Positions 1 through 10,899 of a DNA stretch of 64,000 nt are shown here, piece by piece. The position numbers and the translations under genes were made by a program. The notes under the pieces were generated by a model. That model had not been told where the DNA came from. It saw only the letters and a program-made list of their open reading frames with translations, and did no database searches. This DNA comes from Methanomassiliicoccaceae archaeon (GTDB lineage: Archaea > Thermoplasmatota > Thermoplasmata > Methanomassiliicoccales > Methanomassiliicoccaceae), in NCBI GenBank assembly GCA_963728405.1, contig CAVSJV010000002.1:256001-320000 (forward strand). The letters are read 5' to 3'. The first letter of the stretch is position 1. Each line of letters opens with the position of its first letter.

Positions 1-740
1 ATAATATGAACAGGATGGTTGAGAGAACGCAGATGAAGATCGCGGCAAAGATCTGAACGCTCTCCAACCCCAGGTGGGAGGAACGTTGTATAGCGAACAC
101 GCCCGTGATGATGGCTATCATCGACAATGCGGGATCCCGGCATGTCGAAATATGCTCGGATATATCCCTCATCCTTGGGTATGGTTCGAGTCAAGAACAG
201 AATGCCAGCTATCCCTATTGGTATGTTGATGATGAATATCCAGTGCCAGGAGAGATATTGAGTTAAGATGCCACCGAGGGTGGGTCCCGAAGCATATCCA
301 ATGGAGGCCCCCACGGCAATTACGCTCATGCCGAGCCCGAGCCTATTTTTAGGAAGGAATCTAACGCACAAGAGGGGAGCGCAGGCGCCCATGACGGCCG
401 CGCCTATGCCCTGGAAAATCCGGCCGACGATCAGCATCTCGAATGTGGTCGCCAGACCGCAAACCAGGGAGAAGAGAGTAAAGATGGCCAAGCCGACTAT
501 GAGGAACCTCTTGATAATGCCGCGGTCTGCCAGTCGGCCGAACACCAGGAGCAGGCCTGCCATCATCATGAAATAGGTCAAAGATACCCATGCGGCAGTG
601 CCGGTATCGATAAAGAACGAGGACGCGATACTAGGCAACGCGATGTTCACTATCGAGGCGTCCATCCCATCCATGGTTGTTAGGAAGATAATAGCGATCA
701 GCAGGAGCGCCCGTCCTCTGCCATCCATAATGGTCGCCAT
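1..740 (-). CDS. MFS transporter, DHA2 (EmrB/QacA-like) family; N-terminal part, runs off the window edge; +1 frameshift at ~131-133
   Basis: Manual translation from ATG at 740: MATIMDGRGRALLLIAIIFLTTMDGMDASIVNIALPSIA...GRLADRGIIKRF...GRIFQGIGAA...GPTLGGILTQYLSWHWIFIINIPIG, which are the DHA2 motifs. Not in the ORF track. Confidence 0.9.
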   Translation of the reverse strand, partial: MATIMDGRGRALLLIAIIFLTTMDGMDASIVNIALPSIASSFFIDTGTAAWVSLTYFMMMAGLLLVFGRLADRGIIKRFLIVGLAIFTLFSLVCGLATTFEMLIVGRIFQGIGAAVMGACAPLLCVRFLPKNRLGLGMSVIAVGASIGYASGPTLGGILTQYLSWHWIFIINIPIGIAGILFLTRTIPKDEGYIRAYFDMPGSRIVDDSHHHGRVRYTTFLPPGVGERSDLCRDLHLRSLNHPVHI

Positions 741-831
741 CTTTTCAGGAACACGAGTACGCTATGAAAAAGCCTTGGTTTCTCTTATGTTTTCAATGTC
801 CCATCTGAAGGCTAGGCCATGGTGCCGGAGC

Positions 832-912
832 AAACACACGCTCGACCGCTTGGCCTTGGCCGGCGCCACGGTCTACCGCACCGACCTTGACGGGGCGATG
901 ATCATCACGCCC
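832..912 (+). pseudogene. Fragment resembling the C-terminus of a ComEC/Rec2-type metallo-beta-lactamase domain
   Basis: KHTLDRLALAGATVYRTDLDGAMIITP matches the 'L.RL...G..VYRTD..G.I.I' tail of this family; the upstream domain is missing. Confidence 0.5.
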
Positions 913-943
913 AAGAAAGTAGGATCCTTAATCATCTCTTTTC

Positions 944-1348
944 TTACCCTGCTGGGTCGTCGAGATCTACCCTCCGCAAATGCATTATCATTTTGACTGG
1001 ACCCATTCTCATCATTTCAGTAACAGTCTTACCAAGGAGTATTGCAGCATCCTCCCAATTCTTCTTCTTGCCGAGCCATCGGTTATAGCCAGCAGCAAAT
1101 ATGATTAGAAAGCCTACAATCACCAATGAACCCTGAAGGTACATTTCGAGTTTCCAACGATATTCATCACTCGTTATTGGCGAAGAATTATAGCCACTAT
1201 GGCTGTCATAAATAGCAAACGCCATTAAAATTATAATAAAGATGAAAGCCGAATATCTTTGGGCGAGAGCTGTCACTCTGGCTTTAAATATATAATGCCA
1301 ACTTATTATGTTAATATTCTTAAATCCGGCCTTAATATCTGTTCCCAA
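944..1348 (-). CDS. Hypothetical membrane protein (two predicted TM segments), AT-rich
   Basis: 134-aa ORF with hydrophobic segments AFIFIIILMAFAIY and SLVIVGFLIIFAAGY; lower GC than neighbours; start uncertain. Confidence 0.5.
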   Translation of the reverse strand: MGTDIKAGFKNINIISWHYIFKARVTALAQRYSAFIFIIILMAFAIYDSHSGYNSSPITSDEYRWKLEMYLQGSLVIVGFLIIFAAGYNRWLGKKKNWEDAAILLGKTVTEMMRMGPVKMIMHLRRVDLDDPAG

Positions 1349-1382
1349 TATAGCAACAAAGGCAATGTACGAGGGTCTCTAG

Positions 1383-2270
1383 ATGGATCAGGACGCTTTG
1401 GAAAACATAATGAAAGCTGGAGCCGTGACGCGGGAGGCTCGTCAGCTTGGGGCAAGCATGATCGCCGAAGGTGTAAGCCTGCACAGCGTGGCCGAGGAGA
1501 CAGAGGCCTACATCCGTAAGAAGGGGGCGAAGCCTGCATTCCCGGTCAACATTGGTATCAACCAGATCGCTGCTCACTTTACTCCAGCCTCGAATGACCC
1601 ATCGACCTTCCATCGAGGAGACTTGGTGAAACTGGATGTGGGGGCGCATGTGAACGGCTACATGGGCGACACTGCGGTAACCGTCGAGGTGGGCACGAGG
1701 AACTGGGCCAGCTTGATCGATGCGCCGACCAAAGCACTCATGATGGCGATCGAGATGATCAGCGAGAGGGTTCCCGTCAGCGCCATCGGGAGCACGATCG
1801 AGAGAGGCATAAGGAGCAACGGTTTCGTGCCGATTCGCAACCTTGCTGGCCATGAGATAAAACAGAATGATCTGCATTCAGGCCTGTCAATCTCAAATTA
1901 CGACGATGGCAACGATACAAAGGTTACAAAGTGTATGCTCCTGGCCATCGAACCATTCGCCACAAATGGTGCAGGAGAGGTCGACAATGCCAAACCAGGT
2001 AACATCTACATACTCCAAAGGGATCGCGAGATCAGGGATGCTGGAGCAAACCGCCTCTTCGGCATGATCAAAGAGGAATTCGGGAGCCTAGCCTTCTGCG
2101 AGAGGTGGTGCACGGCCCTCGATCCCAAAGCTCCTGTTCACCTGAGGACCCTAGTAAGATATGGGGCGCTATATTCATATCCAATCCTAACGGAAGTGAG
2201 GGGCGGGATGGTCTCCCAGACAGAACACACTTTACTCATAAACGGATCCAAGGCACAGGTGACGACTTAG
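1383..2270 (+). CDS. map: Methionine aminopeptidase type II
   Basis: AFPVNIGINQIAAHFTP, KLDVGAHVNGYMGDTAVT, NLAGHEI, AIEPFAT and SQTEHT metal-ligand motifs; 295 aa. Confidence 0.97.
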   Translation: MDQDALENIMKAGAVTREARQLGASMIAEGVSLHSVAEETEAYIRKKGAKPAFPVNIGINQIAAHFTPASNDPSTFHRGDLVKLDVGAHVNGYMGDTAVTVEVGTRNWASLIDAPTKALMMAIEMISERVPVSAIGSTIERGIRSNGFVPIRNLAGHEIKQNDLHSGLSISNYDDGNDTKVTKCMLLAIEPFATNGAGEVDNAKPGNIYILQRDREIRDAGANRLFGMIKEEFGSLAFCERWCTALDPKAPVHLRTLVRYGALYSYPILTEVRGGMVSQTEHTLLINGSKAQVTT

Positions 2271-2340
2271 AGTGCGAGCATCTGTCCCTGTCTGATGCAA
2301 GGATGGCTCAATTGTCACAAATCTGCATCCTTGAATAATT

Positions 2341-2676
2341 GCTTCCCATTCCACTGCCCTCCTGCGGTGGCATACTAAGCTGACGCAGTTAGGCGAGAGC
2401 GGGATCAATCCCTTTAGCTGACAGAAGTTCGCCGGACATAGCAACATCCAGACCACAATGGGCTATATCCATGCGTCCGAGTCGGTCATGGCGGCGGAGG
2501 TCCTCGCCAAGCCAATGTTAGTGATTGAGGGTGTGCCAAAGAAAACGGCAGCTCTTGACGTGGACTCCATGCGGGTCGGTCTAACCATGCGCTTAGCCAA
2601 GGGCGAGATAAGCGAAGCGACGTTCAACCGAGCCATGACAATGTTCGAGCCAAACCCTCTAGAAAGGTTGCGATGA
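2341..2676 (+). pseudogene. Degenerate tyrosine recombinase/integrase C-terminal remnant
   Basis: In frame with ORF 2458..2676: ...LLRWHTKLTQLGESGINPFS*QKFAGHSNIQTTMGYIH, equivalent to box II 'HxLRHT.AT.L...G.....Q..LGH.NI.TT..Y.H'; TGA at 2419-2421; N-terminal part absent. Confidence 0.75.
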
Positions 2677-2793
2677 CCAACGTGCCAAAATCTTTTAACC
2701 TCGGAACACTGGCTAAAGCTATCCGAATAAAGACGGGTATAAAACATCATATTTATACCCTTAGAGTATTTCCTGGCCAGGAAAGGTTTAACG

Positions 2794-5674
2794 ATGTCGA
2801 GCTGGACCGCAGAAATCGAGGCCAAGTGGCAACAGCGCTGGTACGAGGCGGGGTTAAATGAGGCGAACCGGGACGGTCGCCCCAAGTTCATGATCATATT
2901 CGCTTACCCTGGTTTGACCGGTTACTTGCATGTCGGTCACATGCGCGGCTACACCTATGTCGATGCCATCGCTCGGTACAAGCGGATGTCTGGCTACAAT
3001 GTCATGTTCCCCGTGGGGACGCACGCCACCGGCAACGGGGCCATCTCTCTGGCTAAAAGGATCAAGAACCAGGACAAGAGGACGCTTGATTACTTGGTCG
3101 CTAACGGATGCCCGATGGAGCAGCTCAAGACCCTCACCGAGCCGCAGGACGTGGTCAACTTCTTCAACAAGGTCTATGTGAACCAATACTGGAAGCGCTT
3201 CGGCTTCCTAGCCGACTGGCGCCGGTTCACCTCTACCACCAATCCAGATTACAGCAAATTCATTCAGTGGCAGTTCCGCAAGCTCCATGACGCTGGCCTG
3301 CTCATACAGAAGCCTTACTTTGCTCCCGCTTGTGTCGAATGCGGTCCGGTGGCGGTGGATGCTTCGGAAACGGACCTCTCCAAGGGCGGCAGTGCGGAAA
3401 CGAGCGAGTATACACTTCTCAAGTTCAAATGCGGCGATCTCTACCTGGTGGCAGCGACCCTCAGGCCCGAGACGGTTTATGGGCAGACCAACTTCTGGGT
3501 GAACCCAGATGTCGAGTATGTCAAGGTCCGCCGGAGCGGCGAGACCTGGGTCATCAGCCGCCCCTCGTATGACAAGATGAGATACCAGAAGGATGATCTG
3601 GATATACAAGGCACCATCCCCGGAGCAGAGCTCATCGGCAGGATGTGTGTGGCCCCGGTCATAAACCGGCAGATCCCGGTGTTGCCCGCGACGTTCTGCA
3701 AGCCCGAGGTCGGGACTGGGCTGGTCACCAGCGTCCCGTCCGACGCTCCTGATGACTGGATGGCCCTCAAACTTCTGCAATCGGACGATGCTGCCCTGGC
3801 CAGGTATGGTCTGGATCCAGCCATGGTCCGCAATATCGCCCCCATCGCCATCATCGACACCAAGGGCTACGGGCCGATGCCTGCCGTGGAGCTGGTGGAC
3901 AGGATGGGAATAACTCAGGCCGGTGATCCCCGGCTGGACGAGGCCAAGAAGGCGATCTACAAGGATGGTTTTCACACTGGCCGGATGAACGCCAACTGCG
4001 GCGAGTTCGCCGGAATGAAGGTCGAAGAGGCGAAGGACCTCATCAAGCAGATGATGCTCAAGAGCGGCGAGGCCGAGCTGTTCTATGACCTCTCCGAAGA
4101 AGTGGTCTGCCGGTGCGGTAAGCCTGTGGTCATCAAGAAGGTACCTGACCAGTGGTTCATCGATTATGCCAACGCCACGCTGACAGAAAAGAGCAAGCAC
4201 CATGCCAGGAGCATGCACATCCTGCCTCAGGACTATTATGTGAACGTCCAAGGTGTGCTGGACTGGTTCAGGGAGCGAGCCTGCGTGCGCCAGGGTAACT
4301 GGCTGGGAACCCGATTCCCATATGATCCGAAGTGGATCATCGAGGCCATCTCCGATTCGACCCTTTACCCGGTCTATTACATCGTCTCTTCCTACTTCAA
4401 CTCTGGACAGCTGAAGCTCGAGTCCCTGAATGAGGAGTTCTTCGATTATGTGTTCCTGGGCAAGGGGGATGTATCTAATGTGGCCGCAGCCACGGGCGTA
4501 AGTTCTGAGCTGCTCGTCCAGATCAAGGACGACGTCTATTACTGGTACCCGCTTGACATCAACCTGGGTGGCAAGGAACATATGACCGTGCACTTCCCAG
4601 CCTTCCTGATGAACCACATGGCCATACTGCCCGAGCAGCTGTGGCCTAGGGGTATCTTCGTCAACTGGTACGTCACCGGCAAACTAGGCAAGATCTCCAA
4701 GTCCAAGGGCGGCGCGGAGCCGATCCCCGATGCGGCCGAACGCTTCGGGGTCGACGCCCTTCGATTATACTATGCTCACATCGCTGCCCCCTTCGCCGAC
4801 GTGGAGTGGGACGAGGGAGCTATCGAGAACTACACCTCGCGCATCGAACGCGTGCTGCGGACGATGGAGGATCTCAAGACCTTGCAAGGGTCCGAAATGC
4901 AGAATGTCGATGACTGGCTACTGTCGCGCCTAGCCAACCGCGCGGCGGCCATCCAGAGGTCCATGGGAGAGTTCGACCTGCGCCGCATGGCCAATGAAGC
5001 CTACTTCGAAACACTCAGTGATGTCCGCTGGTACATCCGCCGGGGCGGCTATAACGCCGCCACCGCGGCCAAGGTCCTGCGCACATGGGTACGGCTGATG
5101 GCCCCAATAACTCCACATGTGGCTGAAGAGATGTGGGCCGGCATGGGGGAGAAAGGTTTCGTCTCCATTGCTCCTTATCCGCTGGCCGAGGAGCTGCCCT
5201 ACAATCCGGAGGCCGAGGCGGCCGAGAACTATCTCGAGGAAGCGATGACCGATATCAATGAGATCCTAAAGGTCACTGGCATCACTCCCCGTAGGATATT
5301 CATCTACACCACACCGCAGTGGAAGAAGGACTGTCCTGGCCCTTGGTCTGGGCCTCATGAGCGAAAAGCAACTGAGCATCCCTGGCCTGACCAAGGCGGT
5401 CATGGCCCGGGACGACCTGAAGCGCCGTGGCAAGGACTCCGCGGACTTCGCACGCAAGATGGCCGAGGACCTGATGAAACGGTCCGAGACCGAACTGCTC
5501 AAGCTGGCTATGGACATCGATGAGAATGCCTACCTGAAAGACGCCGCGGTCTTCTTGGCCAAGGAACTCGGTTGCGAGATCGAGATACACTCGGCGGACG
5601 ATGCGACCGCGCCCGATCCTCAGAAGAAGGCCCGCGCCGCCCAGCCCCATCGCCCGGCCATTTTCGTTGAATAA
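2794..5674 (+). CDS. leuS: Leucine--tRNA ligase (archaeal type); +1 frameshift at ~5325-5330 joins ORFs 2794..5523 and 5357..5674
   Basis: HVGH and KISKSKG signatures, ATLRPET editing-domain motif, C-terminal 'DPQKKARAAQPHRPAIFVE' in the shifted frame. Confidence 0.97.
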
Positions 5675-5893
5675 ACCCTTTCCGATTCTTCCTTTCTTCG
5701 CCCATGGCTCTCTCTCTGCGATATGGAACGATCTTTGAACTATCGACACAGTCTGGTATGGCCACGCCCATGTCGAGACGACAGTCGCGGAATGGATTCT
5801 CTATCCCGCAAAGGTTATCCCTTCAGCCCTATTTTCCCATCGGCCAATTTGGGCGATCCTCATTATCTTACACGGGCTTAGGAGAAAACAATC

Positions 5894-8815
5894 ATGTTCG
5901 CAGGTATCGCTGACTTTGTGGCCCGACGCCATAAGCTGATAATCGTCGCTTGGATCGTCGCGCTCCTAGTGGCGCTCCCCCTGGCGTCCCTGGTCGGTAA
6001 TGTCATTCAATATGAGGAGACCGAGAACTCCCCCCAGAGTCTCGAGTCCGCTGGAGCGAACAACTACATAACCGAGCAGTTCGGCAATACTTCGGAACAA
6101 CCATCGACACTTATCGTCCTGACCTCATCCAATATCCTTAGTGACGAGGTGAAGCAGGCGGTCTCGAGGATCGAGAACAAACTCAAAGATGCCTCGGGCG
6201 ACACTATACATATGGTCACGGTCAGGACCATCTATGGTGCGGCCGATATCTACACCCTGAACGTGCTGATCGGCCTGAACAGTGCCTATACGGAAGCGAA
6301 TCTCACTGCCTATGTGATCTATGGCCTGCCTCAGGAATATCGTACCCTGTGGCAGGAGGTAAATCAGAGCACCCATGCCTCCTTCGCCGACGTCAGCGCC
6401 TCTTCCAAACAGGTCTTCGAGGTGGATCTCGATGCCATGATGGGCAACGTGTCCGGTGAGCAGAAGGGGCTCGTCCATGCGTACTTCAACGCCACCTTTG
6501 CCTGGTGGTCTGCACAGGGATCCGAGCCGGACCAGGCTGACTTCGAGGCCGGCGTCACTAGCGTCGCCCTGGCCTTCGGTCAGAACATCACTGATCCGAC
6601 CACCAGGTCCATGTTCATGGGCCTTCGCCAGAACCTAGGCTTCAGCCAGTTTAACGATCCTACTCTCCGGAAGGAGGCGATCTCGGCTTACATCGCCTCC
6701 ATACCCTCGGTCGCCCAGTCGCTCGCCCCCCAGCCCTGGGTGGTCACTGCGGCAGGGGACCTGGGCACCAGTTATGCCACTTCTAAGGTCATGGCCTTGT
6801 CCAAGCAGATAGTGGCCAACTCGACCTTGGACGATTTCCCGATCAAGATCCCGGCGGATATCGTTGGTATGCTGGTATCACCTAACAACTCGACAATGCT
6901 GATCGCCCTGACCTACGACTCGGTCCCGAACAACACCGCTCCGGGCAAGGAGGATGTCAAAGAGGTGCGGGACATCGTGATGGCGGCCATCAGCGGCACG
7001 GGCATCAAGGCCTTTGTCACTGGCTCGGACCCCATCGGCGTCGATCTTCAGGATGCGACCTATAGAGATATGGAGATCATCGAGCCGATCACCATCATCT
7101 TGGTACTGGTCCTCATCGGCCTTTTCTTCCGTTCCTTTGTAGCCTCGTCCATCCCTCCGATCTCGATCGGAGTGGCCTTGGGCATCAGCTATGCTCTGGT
7201 CTACTTGATCGGCACTTACGTGCTGTCCATCCACTATTCGGTGCTGACGCTGCTCCTTACATCAATGATGGGTGCAGGGTGCGACTACTGTATCTTCATA
7301 CTGTCCCGATATCGTGAGGAGCGGCAAAACGGTCGGGGAAAGGAGGAGGCGATCAGGCAGGCGGTGACCTGGGCGGGGGAGAGCATCGCTACCTCTGGCG
7401 CCACGGTCATCATCGGCTTCGGGGTTCTTTCCATCGGCCGCTTCTCTATGATGCAGTCCATGGGCGTGGCACTGGCGCTAGGCGTCACCATCGCCCTCCT
7501 GGTAGCCTTGACCTTGCTGCCCTCGCTGTTGATGCTCCTGGGCGATCGCATGTTCTGGCCGACCAAGCTGGACCGTCCTGTGAAGGTCAGGACCAAGCCC
7601 GGATATTTCACTCGAAGCGCCATGTTCGCCATCAAGCACGCCAAGGTGATCGTGGTGGTCGCAGTGGTCATTTCCATACCGACCACCTACCTGGTCTACA
7701 CAATGCAGACCAGCTATGACTTCATCGGCGCCATGTCGGAGTCCGAGAGCAAGAACGGCATCACTGCCCTTCAAGATGGTTTCGGAGGCGGGAAGGTCAA
7801 TCCGACCCAAATCGCCCTGCAGATGAGCATACCAGCAGTATCTGGAGATACTTTCGATAACTCGGCGCTTCGTTCGATCGAGAACGCCTCGACGGAGATC
7901 GCCGGGCTGCACAACGTTAAGCAGGTCATCAGTCCGACCCGTCCCAATGGTGTGCTTATCGACTACACCAATGCGACGGCCCAGGCCCAATACCGCTCGA
8001 CCATGTTGCAGATGATCGGCCAGGATGGTAAGGCCGTGCTCATGACCGTCATATTCCAGGCCGAACCATTCGACAAGGATTCTATCGCTAGCATCCAGGT
8101 CCTACGGAATGTGGCTGTGGAGATACAGAACGATCCCAATATCGTAAAGATGTATGTGGGCGGATCGACCGCAACTATGTTCGACATCGCCAACTTGGTC
8201 CAGAGCGATTTCGGGAACATGGAGTACCTAGCCATCATTGGCATCTATATCGTCCTGATGGTCGTGCTAGGTTCGGTCATCAGCCCTCTCAAGTCGATAC
8301 TGACCATCTTGTTGAGCATCTCTTGGACGCTGGCGGCAACGCTCATTCTCTTCCAAGTGGTCCTTGGCCAGCATGTACTATATTTGGTGCCAATGATCCT
8401 CCTCGTGGTCTGTCTGGGTCTCGGTATGGACTACGATATCTTGCTTATTACACGTATTCGGGAGGAGGCCACCAACGGCATGGACAATCATGATTCCATT
8501 GTCCATGCTGTTGAGAAGACCGGGGGGATCATCACGGCTTGTGGCATAATCATGGCCGCGGCGTTCGGGTCGATGATGCTCTCCAATGGCTACCTTCTCA
8601 AGGAGTTCGGCTTCGCGTTAATGTTCGCCATCCTCCTGGATGCCACCGTTGTAAGGATATACCTCGTCCCGGCCATCATGTCCCTACTGGGCAAATGGAA
8701 CTGGTGGGCCCCCGGCCCCTTGCAGCGGATCAATGCCAAGAGCAACGATGGGCGGTCCAAGGAACTGAAGCACGCTGAGGAGCCCCCCCTCCTTGGGGAG
8801 CTCGAGGACTCCTAG
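5894..8815 (+). CDS. MMPL/RND-superfamily membrane transporter
   Basis: Two TM-bundle repeats with GAGCDYCIFILSRYREE and GLGMDYDILLITRIREE motifs; large extracytoplasmic loops; C-terminal LGKWNWWAP. Confidence 0.93.
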   Translation: MFAGIADFVARRHKLIIVAWIVALLVALPLASLVGNVIQYEETENSPQSLESAGANNYITEQFGNTSEQPSTLIVLTSSNILSDEVKQAVSRIENKLKDASGDTIHMVTVRTIYGAADIYTLNVLIGLNSAYTEANLTAYVIYGLPQEYRTLWQEVNQSTHASFADVSASSKQVFEVDLDAMMGNVSGEQKGLVHAYFNATFAWWSAQGSEPDQADFEAGVTSVALAFGQNITDPTTRSMFMGLRQNLGFSQFNDPTLRKEAISAYIASIPSVAQSLAPQPWVVTAAGDLGTSYATSKVMALSKQIVANSTLDDFPIKIPADIVGMLVSPNNSTMLIALTYDSVPNNTAPGKEDVKEVRDIVMAAISGTGIKAFVTGSDPIGVDLQDATYRDMEIIEPITIILVLVLIGLFFRSFVASSIPPISIGVALGISYALVYLIGTYVLSIHYSVLTLLLTSMMGAGCDYCIFILSRYREERQNGRGKEEAIRQAVTWAGESIATSGATVIIGFGVLSIGRFSMMQSMGVALALGVTIALLVALTLLPSLLMLLGDRMFWPTKLDRPVKVRTKPGYFTRSAMFAIKHAKVIVVVAVVISIPTTYLVYTMQTSYDFIGAMSESESKNGITALQDGFGGGKVNPTQIALQMSIPAVSGDTFDNSALRSIENASTEIAGLHNVKQVISPTRPNGVLIDYTNATAQAQYRSTMLQMIGQDGKAVLMTVIFQAEPFDKDSIASIQVLRNVAVEIQNDPNIVKMYVGGSTATMFDIANLVQSDFGNMEYLAIIGIYIVLMVVLGSVISPLKSILTILLSISWTLAATLILFQVVLGQHVLYLVPMILLVVCLGLGMDYDILLITRIREEATNGMDNHDSIVHAVEKTGGIITACGIIMAAAFGSMMLSNGYLLKEFGFALMFAILLDATVVRIYLVPAIMSLLGKWNWWAPGPLQRINAKSNDGRSKELKHAEEPPLLGELEDS

Positions 8816-8841
8816 GCCCCCAACCCCTTTCGTCCCTCCTT

Positions 8842-9384
8842 TCACTCCCAACGTCTGAAAAGATCGTGCTCCTGGCCCACCTGGTCAAGGATCTTGCCGA
8901 CCACGAAGTCTACCATATCGTCCAGTCCTTTTGGCTCCTGGTAGAATGCCGGGGAGGCCGGGAGGATGATGGCCCCAGCCCGCGCCAATCGTAGCTCGTT
9001 CTCCAGCATGATCTCGCTGAGTGGCGTCTCTCTTGGAACAAGTATCAGTTTTCGGTGTTCCTTCATAGTGACCGAGGCCGCTCTGGTGATGAGGCTGTCG
9101 GAAAGACCGGCCGCCAGCTTGGACATCGTCGATTGGGAGCAGGGACAGATAATCATAGCATCGACCTTATGCGTTCCGGAGGCGGGAGGGGCGAAGAGAT
9201 CGTCGTCCTCGTATACCTCATCGGTCATGTCGTCCATGTCCTCGTAGCCTAGGTCGGTCTCCTGTTCCAGGACCTTCTTGCCCATCTCGGAGACTATGAG
9301 CTCCTTCTCTCCCTCCAGTTCCTCAATGAGCCGAATCCCATAGCGGATCCCGGAGCAACCAGTGATAGCCACGATATATCGCAT
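8842..9384 (-). CDS. ubiX: Flavin prenyltransferase UbiX
   Basis: IVAITGCSG, APPASGT, PCSQSTMSKLAAG, LVPRETPL and PASPAFYQEP motifs. Confidence 0.95.
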   Translation of the reverse strand: MRYIVAITGCSGIRYGIRLIEELEGEKELIVSEMGKKVLEQETDLGYEDMDDMTDEVYEDDDLFAPPASGTHKVDAMIICPCSQSTMSKLAAGLSDSLITRAASVTMKEHRKLILVPRETPLSEIMLENELRLARAGAIILPASPAFYQEPKGLDDMVDFVVGKILDQVGQEHDLFRRWE

Positions 9385-9660
9385 GACCAAGAAAACGGCC
9401 AGCGATTATTTGAAACGACTGTACGGTTTTCCCGCTTCTGTCATATGGAATACTTTATAATGGATGCGGCATCTTGGGGCTTCCGAGGTCGTTGATGTCG
9501 GCCTCGGTGTGGAGAATCGTTCCAGCAAGCTGTTCTTCCCGCCCTGCCGGCGCTTTCCAGTGGTGTGGTCCTCTGGAAACGCTTTTATATGACTTCCATA
9601 TTAATGCCGTAGGCATTATCCTTACTTGGATAGTATTAATGTCATTTCGAGGTAGTTCAG

Positions 9661-10086
9661 ATGGTCACAGTATATGATGTCCCGCCGGAGAAGCTTATCG
9701 CTAAGGCCGCGGCCCAATTGAAGCAGATCGACACGATCAAAGTCCCGGAGTGGGCAGAGTTCGCGAAGACCGGAAGGCACACTGAGAAGGCCCCCGTCCA
9801 GGAAGACTGGTGGTTCACTCGGTCCGCATCTGTTCTTAGAAAGGTATACCTGATGGGCCCCATCGGTACCTCCCGGCTCGCCGCCGAGTATGGTGGCTTC
9901 GCCGACCGTGGTTCCAAGCCCAACCGAGCCGTGAAGGGCTCTCGGGCCATTGCCCGTCGGTGTCTCATTCAACTGGAACAGTCCGGTCTAATTGCCAAGC
10001 ATAAGAGAGATGGAAGAGTCATTACTCCTAAGGGTCAGGCCATGCTCGACAAGGTCGCCAAGGAAGTATATGACGAGTCCCATTAA
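9661..10086 (+). CDS. rps19e: 30S ribosomal protein S19e
   Basis: MVTVYDVP...PEWAEFAKTG...DWWFTRSASVLRKVY...GRVITPKGQ. Confidence 0.98.
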   Translation: MVTVYDVPPEKLIAKAAAQLKQIDTIKVPEWAEFAKTGRHTEKAPVQEDWWFTRSASVLRKVYLMGPIGTSRLAAEYGGFADRGSKPNRAVKGSRAIARRCLIQLEQSGLIAKHKRDGRVITPKGQAMLDKVAKEVYDESH

Positions 10087-10106
10087 TTTCCTAATGGAGT
10101 GGTATA

Positions 10107-10448
10107 ATGCAGGACGCCGAGCTCGAAGAACTTCGCCGCCGGAGAATGGCCCAGATGCAGCAATCGCAAGAGAGTCAGTTGCAGCAGCAGGCCATGGCGG
10201 CCGAGCGGCAGAAGCAGATGGAGGCTGAGCGTCAGTCGGTCATGCGGCAGATATTGACCCCGGAAGCCCGGGAGAGATTGGCTAAGGTCAGGATGGCATA
10301 TCCCGACGTGGCCGCTGCCGTGGAGGAGCAGCTAATTCGGTTGCTGCAGATGGGCCGCATCCAGGACCAGATTGATGAACCTACTTTGGTAGCGATCCTC
10401 AGGAAGGTCTCGCCTCAGAAGAGAGATATCAAGATCGAAAGGGTGTAA
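10107..10448 (+). CDS. PDCD5/TFAR19-family DNA-binding protein
   Basis: [14 protein letters not shown]...[13 protein letters not shown]...VEEQLI; conserved position after rps19e. Confidence 0.95.
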   Translation: MQDAELEELRRRRMAQMQQSQESQLQQQAMAAERQKQMEAERQSVMRQILTPEARERLAKVRMAYPDVAAAVEEQLIRLLQMGRIQDQIDEPTLVAILRKVSPQKRDIKIERV

Positions 10449-10452
10449 TCTT

Positions 10453-10608
10453 ATGGCCAGGAACAAGCCGACAGCAATGAAGGCCCGCCTGATGAGGGCG
10501 GAAAAGTCTAACCGCAGGGTACCTGCTTGGGTCATGATAAGGACCAACAGGGCCGTTCTCCGGCACCCCAAGCGGCGCAACTGGAGACACAGCAAGCTTA
10601 AGGAGTGA
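10453..10608 (+). CDS. rpl39e: 50S ribosomal protein L39e
   Basis: Manual translation, 51 aa: [51 protein letters not shown]; too short for the ORF track. Confidence 0.97.
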   Translation: MARNKPTAMKARLMRAEKSNRRVPAWVMIRTNRAVLRHPKRRNWRHSKLKE

Positions 10609-10613
10609 TCCAG

Positions 10614-10886
10614 ATGGATGAGAAATTAATGAACATCACGCTTAGAAAGACTAAGATGGCCCCCCGCACCAAGCGGGCTAAGAGGGCGATCAACGAGATC
10701 CGTGCCCATGTGGTCCGCCACATGAAGACCACGGAGGACAACATCTGGATAGACCACCGCCTCAACGAGGCCATTTGGGTCAACGGGATCCAGAACCCGC
10801 CTCTGCGCATCAAGGTCAAGGCGGTCAAGTTCGAGGATGGGTTGGTAGAGGTATCTCTACCTGAGGACTCCACCGTGGAAGAGTAA
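10614..10886 (+). CDS. rpl31e: 50S ribosomal protein L31e
   Basis: PRTKRAKRAINEIRAHVVRHMK...LNEAIWVNGIQNPPLRIKVK. Confidence 0.96.
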   Translation: MDEKLMNITLRKTKMAPRTKRAKRAINEIRAHVVRHMKTTEDNIWIDHRLNEAIWVNGIQNPPLRIKVKAVKFEDGLVEVSLPEDSTVEE

Positions 10887-10899
10887 ACACGGTGCTCAA

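Noticed and set aside
3208-4617. Long antisense ORFs (e.g. 469 aa opposite leuS; others opposite nrdD, oppA and ABC-F)
   Set aside because: Shadow ORFs of GC-rich coding strands with no motifs.
5320-5340. Programmed frameshift or split LeuRS
   Set aside because: No slippery heptamer; same pattern as the many +1 indels across the window.
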